Positions 32,118-42,223 are shown, counted from the first letter of the whole stretch. The stretch: DNA of 61,787 nucleotides, filler included, from 7 parts of 7 records of this genome joined end to end with filler, not necessarily neighbours in it; one strand, 5' to 3'. Program-made: numbers and translations. The notes: generated by a model from the letters alone, not told the origin.

Positions 32118-33113
32118 ATGGAACTTGTATGCCCGGCTGGTAGCCTTCCCGCCCTTAAAACCGCCGTGGACAATGGAGCCGATGCGGTCTATTTCGGCTT
32201 CCGGGACAGTACCAACGCCCGCCAGTTTGCTGGCCTGAATTTTAACGACAAACGTGCAGCCGAGGGCATTGAGTACGCTCATTCAAAAGGCAGTCGTGTG
32301 TTCTGTGCCATCAATACCTATCCGCAACCGGATGGCTGGGAACACTGGAAAGCCGCGGTAGATCGTGCCGCCGGCCTTGGAGTGGATGCCATTATCCTGG
32401 CCGATATGGGACTGCTGGATTACGCTGCAAACAGGCACCCGGATATCCCCCGGCATTTGTCGGTTCAGGGTTCTGCCACCAGCCATGAGGCCCTGTCGTT
32501 CTACAAAGACAACTTTGATATCCGCCGGGCAGTGCTGCCGCGCGTGCTGTCTCTGGATCAGGTTCGGGGTGTGGCCAAGCATAGCCCAGTGGAGCTGGAA
32601 GTTTTTGCCTTCGGCAGTCTGTGCATTATGGCGGAGGGTCGCTGCTACCTGTCTTCTTACCTCACGGATGAATCCCCCAACACCCGGGGTGCCTGTTCAC
32701 CGGCCAAGGCCGTGCGCTGGCAGGAAACCCCTCAGGGCCTGGAATCCCGCCTGAATGAAGTGCTCATTGATCGCTATGGCCCCGGTGAAGCTGCCGGTTA
32801 CCCAACCCTGTGCAAGGGTCGGTTTGAAGTGGAGGGCAGCGTGTACCACGCCATCGAAGAGCCGGTAAGCCTGAATACCATGGATCTTCTGCCGGAGTTG
32901 AAGGCGCTGGGTATCAGCGCAGTGAAAATCGAGGGCCGCCAGCGCAGCCCGGCCTACATTGCAGAGGTTGCCCGAACCTGGCGCCAGGCCCTGGACCGGG
33001 TTCAGACCACCCCTGACAGCTTTGCTGTAGACAGTGCCTGGAACCGCACTCTCGCCGGCCTTTCCGAGGGTGGCCTGACCACCATCGGGGCCTACCATCG
33101 CAAGTGGAAATAA
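32118..33113 (+). CDS. ubiU: Anaerobic ubiquinone biosynthesis protein UbiU (U32 family)
   Basis: [48 protein letters not shown]. Confidence 0.95.
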   Translation: MELVCPAGSLPALKTAVDNGADAVYFGFRDSTNARQFAGLNFNDKRAAEGIEYAHSKGSRVFCAINTYPQPDGWEHWKAAVDRAAGLGVDAIILADMGLLDYAANRHPDIPRHLSVQGSATSHEALSFYKDNFDIRRAVLPRVLSLDQVRGVAKHSPVELEVFAFGSLCIMAEGRCYLSSYLTDESPNTRGACSPAKAVRWQETPQGLESRLNEVLIDRYGPGEAAGYPTLCKGRFEVEGSVYHAIEEPVSLNTMDLLPELKALGISAVKIEGRQRSPAYIAEVARTWRQALDRVQTTPDSFAVDSAWNRTLAGLSEGGLTTIGAYHRKWK

Positions 33114-33126
33114 GGTTTTGCCCGCT

Positions 33127-34023
33127 ATGATGAAACTCTCTCTTGGCCCGATTCTGTGGTTCTGGACCAAGCAGTCCGTATTCGATTTCTATGCTAACGC
33201 TGCGGAGTGGCCAGTAGATACCATCTATCTTGGCGAAGTGGTGTGCTCCCGCCGACGCGAACTGAAGCCCGATGACTGGCTGGACCTGGCCCGGGATCTG
33301 AAGGCTTGTGGCAAGAACGTGGTGCTTTCCACATTGACGCTGATCGAATCCGAAGCGGATTTGCGGCGACTTCGTCGGTTTTGCGAACAGGATGAGTTTC
33401 TGGTGGAGGCCAACGACCAGAGTGCCCTGCAGGTGGCGATCCGCAACAAGATTCCGTTTATTACCGGCCCGTCCATGAACATCTACAACGTGGCCACCCT
33501 GAAGATCCTCGCCAGGCAGGGCTTGCAGGGCTGGAACCTGCCGGTGGAACTGGGCAAGGAAACCCTGGAGCAGCTGAACCGGGAGCTGAAGGCCGACGGC
33601 CTGGATCTGCCCGCCGAGGTATTCTCCTGGGGCTTCCTGCCATTGGCCTGGTCGTCTCGCTGTTTCACTGCCCGTCATTACAACCTGCCTAAAGACAACT
33701 GCGAATTCCGTTGCCTGGAACATCCAGATGGCATGGAACTGCGTTCCCGGGAAAGCCAGGAACTGTTCCGGATCAATGGCATTTCCACGCTCTCCGGCTC
33801 GCGCTACGACCTGATGAGGGAACTACCGGAGATGGAGCGTATGGGTGTCAGTACCGTGCGACTGAGTCCGGAGCATCAAGGGATGGAACAAGTGGTCAAA
33901 CGCTTTGATCAGGTGCGCCGGGGGGAAGTGCCGGTCGCCGACCCGCTGCAGCTGGTAGAAGCGCCACCCTGCAACGGGTATTGGTATGGCAAGCCGGGGA
34001 TGGACCTAGTGAATTATGGCTAG
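33127..34023 (+). CDS. ubiV: Anaerobic ubiquinone biosynthesis protein UbiV
   Basis: [40 protein letters not shown]. Confidence 0.94.
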   Translation: MMKLSLGPILWFWTKQSVFDFYANAAEWPVDTIYLGEVVCSRRRELKPDDWLDLARDLKACGKNVVLSTLTLIESEADLRRLRRFCEQDEFLVEANDQSALQVAIRNKIPFITGPSMNIYNVATLKILARQGLQGWNLPVELGKETLEQLNRELKADGLDLPAEVFSWGFLPLAWSSRCFTARHYNLPKDNCEFRCLEHPDGMELRSRESQELFRINGISTLSGSRYDLMRELPEMERMGVSTVRLSPEHQGMEQVVKRFDQVRRGEVPVADPLQLVEAPPCNGYWYGKPGMDLVNYG

Positions 34024-34044
34024 CCGGTCTGTGGCTCTTCTTAT

Positions 34045-34065
34045 ATCTATTTAATCGATTAAATA
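34045..34065. promoter_or_regulatory. Palindromic LysR-type operator candidate upstream of yeiH
   Basis: Perfect 18-bp palindrome TATTTAATCGATTAAATA (34048-34065) overlapping ATC-N9-GAT. Confidence 0.5.
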
Positions 34066-34140
34066 AACGCAAAATACCATTTTTTTAGATATCTCTGAAA
34101 ACTATAGAATATCCATATATTCAAAAGTTCGGAGATAGAG

Positions 34141-35142
34141 ATGTTCAGGGGATTGGCATTGTGTGCGTTTCTGACACTGGCTGGCTATGGCATAGCTGCC
34201 TTGCCGCCAGTGCAGCAAACCGGCCTGGGGCCCCTGGTGTTTACTCTGTTGCTGGGGCTGCTGTTCGGTAATCTGGCCGCGGGTAAGCGGTTAAAGGGCG
34301 TGGCGCCGGGTCTGGGCTTTTCTGCCCGCTGGTTGCTGCGAGGCGGTATTGTCCTGTTCGGTTTCTCCCTCACGGTGCAGCAACTGATGGCCCTTGGGCC
34401 AAAAGTGGTGCTCCTGGATAGCCTGGTGGTAGTGACCATTACCACAGTAGGTTTCTGGCTGGGTACCCGCTGGCTGAAACTGGATCGGGATACCGCCATT
34501 CTGACCAGCGCCGGCAGTGCGATTTGCGGGGCGGCTGCGGTACTGGCCACCGAAGGCACCATCCAGTCACGGCCGGCGGCAACGTCTATGGCGGTGGCCA
34601 CTGTGGTGCTGTTCGGAACGCTGGCCATGTTCGTGTATCCCGTTCTTTATCCATTGATGGGCTGGGATGAAGGTCTGTACGGAGTGTATATCGGTTCTAC
34701 TGTGCATGAGGTGGCGCAAGTGGTCGCTGCCGGTGGTGCGGTGGGGCAGGACGCCCTCACCAATGCGGTGATTGTGAAGGTGGTTCGGGTAATGCTCCTG
34801 GTGCCCTTCCTGCTGGTAATAGGGCAAATCTGGAATCGCTACCGGGCCGCTCATGCCGACGGTGCAGAACAGGGTGAGCAGAAACTGGTGATCCCCTGGT
34901 TTGCTTTTGGTTTCATGGCGATTGTCGGGCTCAACAGTGTGCTTCAGTTACCTGGTCAGATTCAGGGCGGGTTGATGCTCGCAGGGCAGGTAGCTATGAC
35001 CATGGCCTTGGCAGCACTGGGTTTCCAGACCCGAATTGAAGCCCTTCGAAGCCTGGGTGTGAAGCCCTTTGTGCTGGCCTTGTGTCTGTTCATAACTCTG
35101 CTGGTTGGAGGCGCAGTGGTAACCCCGCTGATTCTGGGGTAA
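34141..35142 (+). CDS. yeiH: YeiH/PSE-family (UPF0324) exporter
   Basis: LLRGGIVLFG, GSAICGAAAV, GSTVHEVAQV, VKVVRV. Confidence 0.88.
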   Translation: MFRGLALCAFLTLAGYGIAALPPVQQTGLGPLVFTLLLGLLFGNLAAGKRLKGVAPGLGFSARWLLRGGIVLFGFSLTVQQLMALGPKVVLLDSLVVVTITTVGFWLGTRWLKLDRDTAILTSAGSAICGAAAVLATEGTIQSRPAATSMAVATVVLFGTLAMFVYPVLYPLMGWDEGLYGVYIGSTVHEVAQVVAAGGAVGQDALTNAVIVKVVRVMLLVPFLLVIGQIWNRYRAAHADGAEQGEQKLVIPWFAFGFMAIVGLNSVLQLPGQIQGGLMLAGQVAMTMALAALGFQTRIEALRSLGVKPFVLALCLFITLLVGGAVVTPLILG

Positions 35143-35203
35143 GGCGGTTACCCTTAGTTTTAAACATTTAAATAAAATAAATAATATCTTGAGTCGGCTG
35201 AAA

Positions 35204-35250
35204 ATGCCGTATATAGTGCTTGCGTTCTGGTAATCCACAATATGTTGTGA
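35204..35250. promoter_or_regulatory. Tandem NrdR boxes
   Basis: ATGCCGTATATAGTGC (35204-35219) and CCACAATATGTTGTGA (35235-35250), 31 bp apart. Confidence 0.75.
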
Positions 35251-35254
35251 TTGT

Positions 35255-35304
35255 GGTGTGGAATCCGGTGAGACTCCGGAACTGACGCGCAGCGGTATTG
35301 GGGA
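35255..35304 (+). ncRNA. Cobalamin riboswitch, 5' part (truncated by contig end)
   Basis: GGAATCCGGTGAGACTCCGGAACTGACGCGCAGCGGTA matches the btuB-type B12 riboswitch core GGAATCCxGTGxxAxTCxGGAxCTGACGCGCAGCGGTA. Confidence 0.85.
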
Positions 35305-35404
35305 NNNNNNNNNNNNNNNNNNNNNNNNNNNNNNNNNNNNNNNNNNNNTTAATTAATTAANNNNNNNNNNNNNNNNNNNNNNNNNNNNNNNNNNNNNNNN
35401 NNNN
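35305..35404. other. Artificial contig spacer
   Basis: N44-TTAATTAATTAA-N44. Confidence 0.99.
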
Positions 35405-35433
35405 CCCCGGAGGTATTTTTACCAAGATGAAAG
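35405..35433 (-). repeat. Intergenic repeat element (copy 2, cut by contig end)
   Basis: Minus strand CTTTCATCTTGGTAAAAATACCTCCGGGG immediately after the SET gene stop. Confidence 0.75.
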
Positions 35434-35436
35434 AAC

Positions 35437-35850
35437 TCAGGCGGTGCCGATCACTTGCCCGATGCGGTGGCGCGAGGGTTGAAGCTCAACCGAGCCATGG
35501 CAGAAGGCGGCGTAGTCGCAGGTCAGCTCCTCGCCAGCCTTGATGTCGCGCGTGGCGGTGCAGCGCGAAGGGTTGGAGACATCGACATTGGGCAGCGCGG
35601 CGTGGTTCATGAACCGACCCTCGTCACAATCCAGCACGATGTAATCGGGATCGCGGGGATGGTCGTAGGTGTAGCGTTCGAGGAATTCGCGGAAATGGCG
35701 GGGAACGCGGGTCAGTTCCTCTCTCTCATAGGCGGTGTCGAAGCGGTCATCGAACAACCTGACAACGGCCCCCTTGCGGATATCGGAGGCGGCGAAGACG
35801 CCGAGACCCTCGATTGCGGAAGGGGCGAGATAGCAACGCACCATCATCAT
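35437..35850 (-). CDS. Small SET-domain methyltransferase
   Basis: SAIEGLGVFA..DIRKG, RFMNH..PN, RDIKAGEELTCDY. Confidence 0.9.
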   Translation of the reverse strand: MMMVRCYLAPSAIEGLGVFAASDIRKGAVVRLFDDRFDTAYEREELTRVPRHFREFLERYTYDHPRDPDYIVLDCDEGRFMNHAALPNVDVSNPSRCTATRDIKAGEELTCDYAAFCHGSVELQPSRHRIGQVIGTA

Positions 35851-36001
35851 GGCGGAACATCCTCTTTGGGATCCGGCCCGCCCTTGTCCGGTCATCGTTG
35901 GAAGGGGAAAGGGCCCCGCGCCGGGCAGGCAGCGCGCCGGAATGCCAGCGCCTTTTTTGCGAGTCTGTCAAAGGGCATCTGGATTGCTACAGAAGATGTG
36001 A

Positions 36002-36928
36002 TCACACGGACGTGGGTGGGCTGTCTGAATAGGCGATTGCGGTGCGCAGCTCAGGGCGGTTCACCCAGGTCCAATAGGTCGCGCGGACCTGAGAGGAAAG
36101 GGGACCGGGTTTGCCATTGCTGTAGATGCGGTTGCCCACCCGTGAGATGGGCAGGATGCCGCCGCCGGAGGAGGTCAGGAAGACCTCATCTGCGGTTTCA
36201 AGACGGCTGGCGGGGACGGGTTCGACGCGGGTCGTCAGCCCCATGTGGGTGCAAATTTCGAGCGCGGTGCGGCGGCTGATGCCTTCCAGCACGCCGGTGT
36301 CGGGGGTGAAGACGGTGTCGCCCTCGATCAGGAAGATATTGAAGCCGGGGCCTTCGGTCAGGTTGCCCTGATGATCGAGCAGCACGACGGTTTCATAGCC
36401 TGCGTCCTTGGCCTCGAACAGGCCTTGGGTGAAGTCGCCCCAATGGTAGTTCTTGGCGCGCGGGTTGACGCTGTCGGCGGGGATGCGGCGGGTGTGTTCG
36501 GCGATCCAGACACTGGCCCCCTGGTCCAGCGTTTCGGGTGTGATGACGTGGATATAGGGCACGCACCAGGCGTAGAAATGGTTGCCGCAGTCGCGCGGGT
36601 CGCGGCTGCCGGGGATCAGGGGCACGCCCCGTGCCGTGACCATGGCGCAGTAGGCGTCGCGCAGGCCTGAGGCGGCGACCATGGCGTGGAGGGCTCGGGC
36701 GATGTCGTCGCGGGTCATGGCGATGTCCATGCGGGTGAGGGTCATCGAGGCCAGGAAGCGGTCGAGATAGGCATCGAGGCGGAAGAAGGCGCCGTTGATG
36801 ACGGGCACCACGTCATAGGTGATGTCGGAATGGGTGACGCCCCAGTCGGTGACGCCGATGGTGGCCTCGGCAATGGGGATGACCTTGCCCTTCATCCATG
36901 CCGCGCCCTTGCTGAGATCGCCTGTCAT
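36002..36928 (-). CDS. PLP fold-type IV aminotransferase, probable (R)-selective amine transaminase
   Basis: HSDITYDV, PRAKNYHWGDF, TEGPGFN, LEGISR, TSSGGG. Confidence 0.85.
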   Translation of the reverse strand: MTGDLSKGAAWMKGKVIPIAEATIGVTDWGVTHSDITYDVVPVINGAFFRLDAYLDRFLASMTLTRMDIAMTRDDIARALHAMVAASGLRDAYCAMVTARGVPLIPGSRDPRDCGNHFYAWCVPYIHVITPETLDQGASVWIAEHTRRIPADSVNPRAKNYHWGDFTQGLFEAKDAGYETVVLLDHQGNLTEGPGFNIFLIEGDTVFTPDTGVLEGISRRTALEICTHMGLTTRVEPVPASRLETADEVFLTSSGGGILPISRVGNRIYSNGKPGPLSSQVRATYWTWVNRPELRTAIAYSDSPPTSV

Positions 36929-37098
36929 CTGTGGCCCTCCTGTTGCGGTGTCAGGGGGGCATGGGCGCATCGGTGCCGTCAAGCGGGGAAAATCGCGTGG
37001 ACGCGATTTGCAATTTCCGTAACGGAAATTTCCCCGCTCTTGCCAGACCGGCCGGTGGGAGATTAGCTGCGTTGTGACAAGCCGGGAAGGGACACAGC

Positions 37099-38049
37099 AT
37101 GGCACATGGATATGAGAGCGGGCGGCTCAATCTGCCCTTCACCGGTATCGCGACCTTCGGGAAATATGACTACCAGCCCGACTGGGACCGGCTGGATGCC
37201 GATGTTGCGATCCTCGGCGCACCGTTTGATTTCGGCACCCAGTGGCGGCCCGGCGCGCGGTTCGGGCCTCGGTCGATCCGTGAGGCCTCGACCTTGTTTT
37301 CCTTTGGCCATGCCGGGGCCTATGACCATGAGGACGGGGTGACCTACCTTGGTGCAGGCACGCGGATCGTGGATATGGGGGATGCGGATATCGTCCATAC
37401 CGACACCGAGGCGAGCCATGCCAATATCGAGGCGGGCGTTCGCGCGATCCTTGCCAAGGGCGCTCTGCCGGTGGTTTTGGGCGGCGATCATTCGATCAAC
37501 ATCCCCTGCGTTCGGGCCTTTGACGGGCATGGGCCCATCCATATCGTTCAGATCGACGCGCATCTGGATTTCGTCGATGAACGTCACGGGGTGCGGCACG
37601 GGCATGGCAACCCGATGCGCCGCGCGGCGGAGCAGGACCATGTCACCGGGCTGACGCAGCTTGGCATCCGCAACGTGTCCTCTACCGCGCGCGAAGGCTA
37701 TGAGGACGCGGCGCGGATGGGGTCCGATATCCTCTCTGTCCGGCAAATGCGGGCCTTGGGGACCGAGGCGGTTATGGCGCGCATTCCGGCGGATGTGGAT
37801 ATCTACCTGACCATCGACATTGATGGGTTCGACCCGTCGATCGCGCCCGGCACCGGCACGCCGAGCCACGGGGGGTTCCTCTATTACGAGGTGCTGGAAT
37901 TGCTGGCGGCGCTGGCGAAGCGGCAGCGGATCGTGGGTGTCGATCTGGTCGAGGTCGCGCCCGCCTATGACCACACGGACACGACCTCGATCCTCGCCGC
38001 ACAGCTTCTGCTGAACCTCATCGGCCGTATTCTGCACGCGCGGGGCTGA
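37099..38049 (+). CDS. speB: Agmatinase/ureohydrolase family enzyme
   Basis: RPGARFGP, GGDHS, DAHLD, HG, DIDGFDP..APGTGTP, VEVAP; exact substrate not determinable. Confidence 0.8.
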   Translation: MAHGYESGRLNLPFTGIATFGKYDYQPDWDRLDADVAILGAPFDFGTQWRPGARFGPRSIREASTLFSFGHAGAYDHEDGVTYLGAGTRIVDMGDADIVHTDTEASHANIEAGVRAILAKGALPVVLGGDHSINIPCVRAFDGHGPIHIVQIDAHLDFVDERHGVRHGHGNPMRRAAEQDHVTGLTQLGIRNVSSTAREGYEDAARMGSDILSVRQMRALGTEAVMARIPADVDIYLTIDIDGFDPSIAPGTGTPSHGGFLYYEVLELLAALAKRQRIVGVDLVEVAPAYDHTDTTSILAAQLLLNLIGRILHARG

Positions 38050-38120
38050 TCAGACGCGCGGTAAGGCTTGACCGGCGGGGCAGGGCGGCGTCCCATGCAA
38101 GGCATTGCATGGAGGAGCCG

Positions 38121-38915
38121 ATGGCCCTGATCGAGATACTGAACGCGGACGGCCCGATTGCGGAACTAAAGCTGAACCGGCCTGACAAGAAAAACGCCGT
38201 CACGCTGGAGCTTTTGGCAGATCTGGTGGCCGCCTGTGAAATGCTGGCTGGTCGCCCGGGGGTGCGGGCCGTTGTTCTGTCTGGCGCGGGCGGTGATTTC
38301 AGCACTGGCATGGACACCTCCGTGCTGATGGGGTTCGCGGGCAATCTGGATGGGATCAAGGCCGAGATGCTGGCCCCGCCCGATGGCATCGCCAACCGGT
38401 TTCAGGCCCCCGCCAAGGCGCTCGCTGACTTGGCCGTTCCGGTGATTGCCGCGATTGATGGCGTGTGTTTCGGGGCGGGTATCCAGCTGGCGCTGGCTGC
38501 CGATTTCCGCTTTGCCGCGCCGGGGGCGAAACTGTCGATCATGGAGGCCAAATGGGGGCTCATTCCGGATATGGGCATATCTCTCAGCCTGCCAAAGCTG
38601 ATGCCCGCCGACCGGGCCAAGGCGCTGATCATGACGGCAAGGGTGATGTCGGGCGAGGAGGCGCTGGCCGAGGGGCTGGTGACACGCCTGTCGAATGACC
38701 CCTATGCTGCGGCGATGGCCTTCGCGCAGGAGCTGACGGCGCGGTCGCCCGATGCGGTGCGGGCCAGCAAGGTGCTGGTCGATGCGCTTTGGTCGAACAG
38801 GACGGCCGAGGGGTTGCGGCTGGAAGCGGAATTGCAGGCGGATCTGATGGGCGCGCCCAATCAGATGGAAACCGTCATGGCGCGGATGCAGGGACGGGAG
38901 CCCGTATACAAATGA
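38121..38915 (+). CDS. Enoyl-CoA hydratase/crotonase family protein
   Basis: LNRPDKKNA, FSTGMD, PVIAAIDG.CFGAG, EAKWGLIPD. Confidence 0.9.
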   Translation: MALIEILNADGPIAELKLNRPDKKNAVTLELLADLVAACEMLAGRPGVRAVVLSGAGGDFSTGMDTSVLMGFAGNLDGIKAEMLAPPDGIANRFQAPAKALADLAVPVIAAIDGVCFGAGIQLALAADFRFAAPGAKLSIMEAKWGLIPDMGISLSLPKLMPADRAKALIMTARVMSGEEALAEGLVTRLSNDPYAAAMAFAQELTARSPDAVRASKVLVDALWSNRTAEGLRLEAELQADLMGAPNQMETVMARMQGREPVYK

Positions 38916-39883
38916 CTGACAGACGCACGCTGATCATGGGCGGCCTGGCCGCCGCCACATTGCCCCGGATGGGATTTGCGCAGGCTGCGCCCGGAAAGGT
39001 GCCGCGCCCGGACGTGGCGTTTCGGGTGCCGGACATGGACCCGCGCGTCGCGGGGCTGGTCGGGCAAGTCGACCCGGCGCGGCTGCGCGCCGATGTGAAC
39101 ACGCTGGCCGGGTTCGGCACAAGGTGGAGCGAGGGGCCGGCCTATGGCGCGGTCGAGGATTGGATGGCGGGGGCCTTCGGATCAGTCGGCCCCGGTGGTG
39201 CGGTCTCGCGCCAGCCGGTGACGCTGCCTGCCGGGATGGTGCGCAACAACGTGATCTGGGGCGATCCGCTGGACGGGCGCGAGGTGATCCTTGTGGGTGC
39301 GCATCTGGATACAACCTCGGAAAACCCGTCCTTGTCCGCGCCCGGTGCCAATGACAACGGATCGGGCATCGCCGCGATGCTGGAGGCGGTGCGGATCCTG
39401 TCAGCGCAGAATTTTTCCCGGCAGATCGTGGCCGTGGGCTTCACCGGCGAGGAACAGGGGTTGATCGGGTCTGCCCGCTGCGCCGCCGTGGCCACGCAAC
39501 AGGGCTGGCCGCTGGAACTGATGGTCAATCTCGATATGCTCGGCTATCGCCCGCCCAACCCTGCAGCACCTTTGTTCATCGAATACGATCAGGGCAATGG
39601 CACAGGGGCCAATGACGCCGCAGCCGGGGCCTACGGGCAAATGGCGGTGGCGCTGGCCGGACAGCATATGAGCCTTGCAACCGCCCAGACCGATATATGG
39701 GACAGTGACTACATGCCGTTCGAGGCGCAGGGCTTCCCGTGTATCGGGCTATATGATGGCGGGGCAGATGGCCCAACCTATCACAGCAGCACTGACCTGC
39801 CGGAGACGATGGATTTCGACCGGCTGGAACAGGCAACACGGCTGCTGGTGGCAATTGTGGCAACAGCGGCAGAGCTTGCCTGA
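38912..39883 (+). CDS. Tat-exported M28-family Zn aminopeptidase
   Basis: MTDRRTLI twin-arginine signal; GAHLD, GANDNGSG, GEEQGL.GS, NLDM, SDY, YHSSTD. Confidence 0.88.
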   Translation: MTDRRTLIMGGLAAATLPRMGFAQAAPGKVPRPDVAFRVPDMDPRVAGLVGQVDPARLRADVNTLAGFGTRWSEGPAYGAVEDWMAGAFGSVGPGGAVSRQPVTLPAGMVRNNVIWGDPLDGREVILVGAHLDTTSENPSLSAPGANDNGSGIAAMLEAVRILSAQNFSRQIVAVGFTGEEQGLIGSARCAAVATQQGWPLELMVNLDMLGYRPPNPAAPLFIEYDQGNGTGANDAAAGAYGQMAVALAGQHMSLATAQTDIWDSDYMPFEAQGFPCIGLYDGGADGPTYHSSTDLPETMDFDRLEQATRLLVAIVATAAELA

Positions 39884-39996
39884 AGGCGGGAAGGTGATGG
39901 AGTGATACCCGATCTCACGCATCAAGGCGGGGTTTGCCTTGTGTCAAGGTGGTCGGGGTTTGGATTGGGCACGGTCGGGCCAAGGAAGGACGTAAC

Positions 39997-41049
39997 ATGG
40001 CCGCAAGCAAAGACCTGACGGATTTCACCCGCGACGCGCTGAACGCGGGACACAACCGCGACGAGATTGCCGCCGCCCTGTCAGATGCGGGCTGGAGCCG
40101 CCGGGACATCGACAGCGCCCTGGCCGGGTTCGCGGAGGGGCCGTTCCTGCCGCCGGTGCCGCGCCCGCGCCGCTACCTCGCCTCGCGCGATGCGTTTCTC
40201 TATGCGCTGATGTTCCTGACGCTTGGCCTGACGGCGGGGCATCTGATTTTGTTGCTGTTCGCGATGATCGACCTCTGGGTGCCAGAGATCGGCCAGACCG
40301 CCTATCGGGGTCTCGGGGCAGAGCGGCAGATCCGTTGGGCCATTGCGGTGCTGGTTCTGGCGACACCGCTTTACCTTTGGCTTATGCGCCTGTCGGATCG
40401 GCAGGACGAGGGCGGGCAGGACCGGTCGGTGTTGCGCAAATGGCTGACCTATCTGGCGCTGTTGATATCCGCGATGATCCTTCTGGGCGATTCGGCCTAC
40501 GTGATCTACCGGCTTCTGGCGGGCGACGCGACGTTGGAATTCCTGCTGAAATCCCTGACCATGGGGGTTGTCGCGGCGGCGACCTTTGCCTTCTATCTGC
40601 GTGACGCGGAATGGGCGCAAGGGCGCGGGTCGGTGCGCTGGTTCGGGGTTGGCGTGGCAGCGGTAGTGACCCTGTCGCTGGCCGCGGGCTTCTGGTCCAT
40701 TGGCGGGCCGGGGCAGGCGCGGCGGGACCGGGTCGACATGATGCGTTTGCAGGACATGCGCGACCTTGCCGATGCCCTGCGATGCGACCGGACCATTGGC
40801 AATTCCGGCCCGCTGCCCGAAACCCTGACGCTGGACAGCCTGACCGGGTACTGCCCCGGCTGGTCGCATTTGACGGGCGAGGATCTGGTCGATCCGCTAT
40901 CCGGAGCACCCTATACCTATCACCGGCTAAGCGAGAGCCGGTTCGAGATCTGCACGAGCTTTTACGATGCACCCCGCGCCTTGGCACGCTGGCCCCTGTC
41001 CTACCCGTTCGACACGGCAACGGGATGCCTTGCGGGACGTGTGGACTGA
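39997..41049 (+). CDS. DUF5671-like membrane protein
   Basis: L..AGW N-terminal motif, RDAFLY, RKWLTYL, G.PGQAR..R.D..R..D, DP.SG.PY.Y, FEICT.F. Confidence 0.7.
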   Translation: MAASKDLTDFTRDALNAGHNRDEIAAALSDAGWSRRDIDSALAGFAEGPFLPPVPRPRRYLASRDAFLYALMFLTLGLTAGHLILLLFAMIDLWVPEIGQTAYRGLGAERQIRWAIAVLVLATPLYLWLMRLSDRQDEGGQDRSVLRKWLTYLALLISAMILLGDSAYVIYRLLAGDATLEFLLKSLTMGVVAAATFAFYLRDAEWAQGRGSVRWFGVGVAAVVTLSLAAGFWSIGGPGQARRDRVDMMRLQDMRDLADALRCDRTIGNSGPLPETLTLDSLTGYCPGWSHLTGEDLVDPLSGAPYTYHRLSESRFEICTSFYDAPRALARWPLSYPFDTATGCLAGRVD

Positions 41050-41053
41050 GCGT

Positions 41054-41671
41054 TCAGCCTTCCAGTTCCGCGACGGGGATGATCGGGAAGAACTGGCCAG
41101 AGGACCAGACACCAAACATGTTCACGCCATCGACTACATGGGCCTGACCAAGGTCGATCATCCGGTAAAAGGTCTTGCGGTCGATCAGAGCCTCCAGCCC
41201 CGCGCGAATATGGATATAGGGCGAGGGTTCTCCGCCCGCGTCGCGGACCACGCGGATGGGATTTTCAGCGCCCGCAACCACCACATCCTCGACATTGGTC
41301 GAGAAGGTCATGACCTGATCGCGCCCCTCGCCCGCCGCATCCATGTCGACCGCCACAAAGGGCGCGTCCACCACCCGGATGCCGACCTTTTCGACCGGCG
41401 TCACGAGGAAATATTTGCCGTCCTCCAGCTTGAGGATCGAGGCAAAGAGCTTGACCAGCGGAAAGCGGCCAATCGGGGTGCCGAGATAGAACCAGGTGCC
41501 GTCGCGGCGGATCTCCATATCCAGATCACCGCAGAAATCGGGGTTCCACAGGTGAACCGGCGGGTGTTTGCCGTCTTTTTGGGCAGCTTTTGCCGCCGCA
41601 ATCAGGCTGTCGGGAGTGGCTTTCACGATCATTTGTCCGGTCTTTGCTTTTGCCGTTTGAGCTTGTCGCAA
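41054..41671 (-). CDS. DUF1285 family protein
   Basis: PPVHLWNPDFCG, DGTWFY.GTPI.R, TPVEKV.I.V.DAPF; start uncertain. Confidence 0.85.
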   Translation of the reverse strand: MRQAQTAKAKTGQMIVKATPDSLIAAAKAAQKDGKHPPVHLWNPDFCGDLDMEIRRDGTWFYLGTPIGRFPLVKLFASILKLEDGKYFLVTPVEKVGIRVVDAPFVAVDMDAAGEGRDQVMTFSTNVEDVVVAGAENPIRVVRDAGGEPSPYIHIRAGLEALIDRKTFYRMIDLGQAHVVDGVNMFGVWSSGQFFPIIPVAELEG

Positions 41672-41717
41672 TAGTTGTCTTTACTAGGCGAACATAACCA
41701 TTGTGCGGAGCATTGCC

Positions 41718-42223
41718 ATGTCTGACCCCGAAAAGCTGGTCACAGAGATCGAAAACCTTGGGGCAAAGCTGTCTGAGGCAAAGGCCGCCATTGCCATGCG
41801 CATCATCGGTCAGGAGGAGGTCGTGAACCTGTCGCTTGCGGCGATGCTGTCGGGGGGGCACGCGTTGCTGATGGGTCTGCCGGGGATGGGCAAGACGCTT
41901 TTGGTGGATACGTTATCGACCGTGATGGGCCTGTCGGAATCGCGCATTCAGTTCACGCCAGACCTGATGCCCGCCGATATTCTGGGCTCGGAGGTTCTGG
42001 AAACCGGCGGCGACGGGGCGCGGTCGTTTCGCTTCATTCAGGGGCCGATTTTCTGTCAGCTGCTGATGGCCGATGAAATCAACCGTGCCAGCCCGCGGAC
42101 GCAATCGGCGCTGTTGCAGGCGATGCAGGAAATGGAGGTGACCGTCGCGGGCGTGCATCATCCGTTGCCGCGCCCGTTCCATGTGCTGGCAACGCAGAAC
42201 CCGATTGAACAGGAAGGCACCTA
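41718..42223 (+). CDS. MoxR-family AAA+ ATPase, 3' truncated
   Basis: GLPGMGKT, RIQFTPDLMPADI, DEINRA, ATQNPIEQEGT. Confidence 0.92.

Noticed and set aside
35437..35850. SET gene as a eukaryote-derived host-chromatin effector
   Set aside because: Short SET proteins are common in free-living bacteria; no secretion signal or secretion system is nearby.
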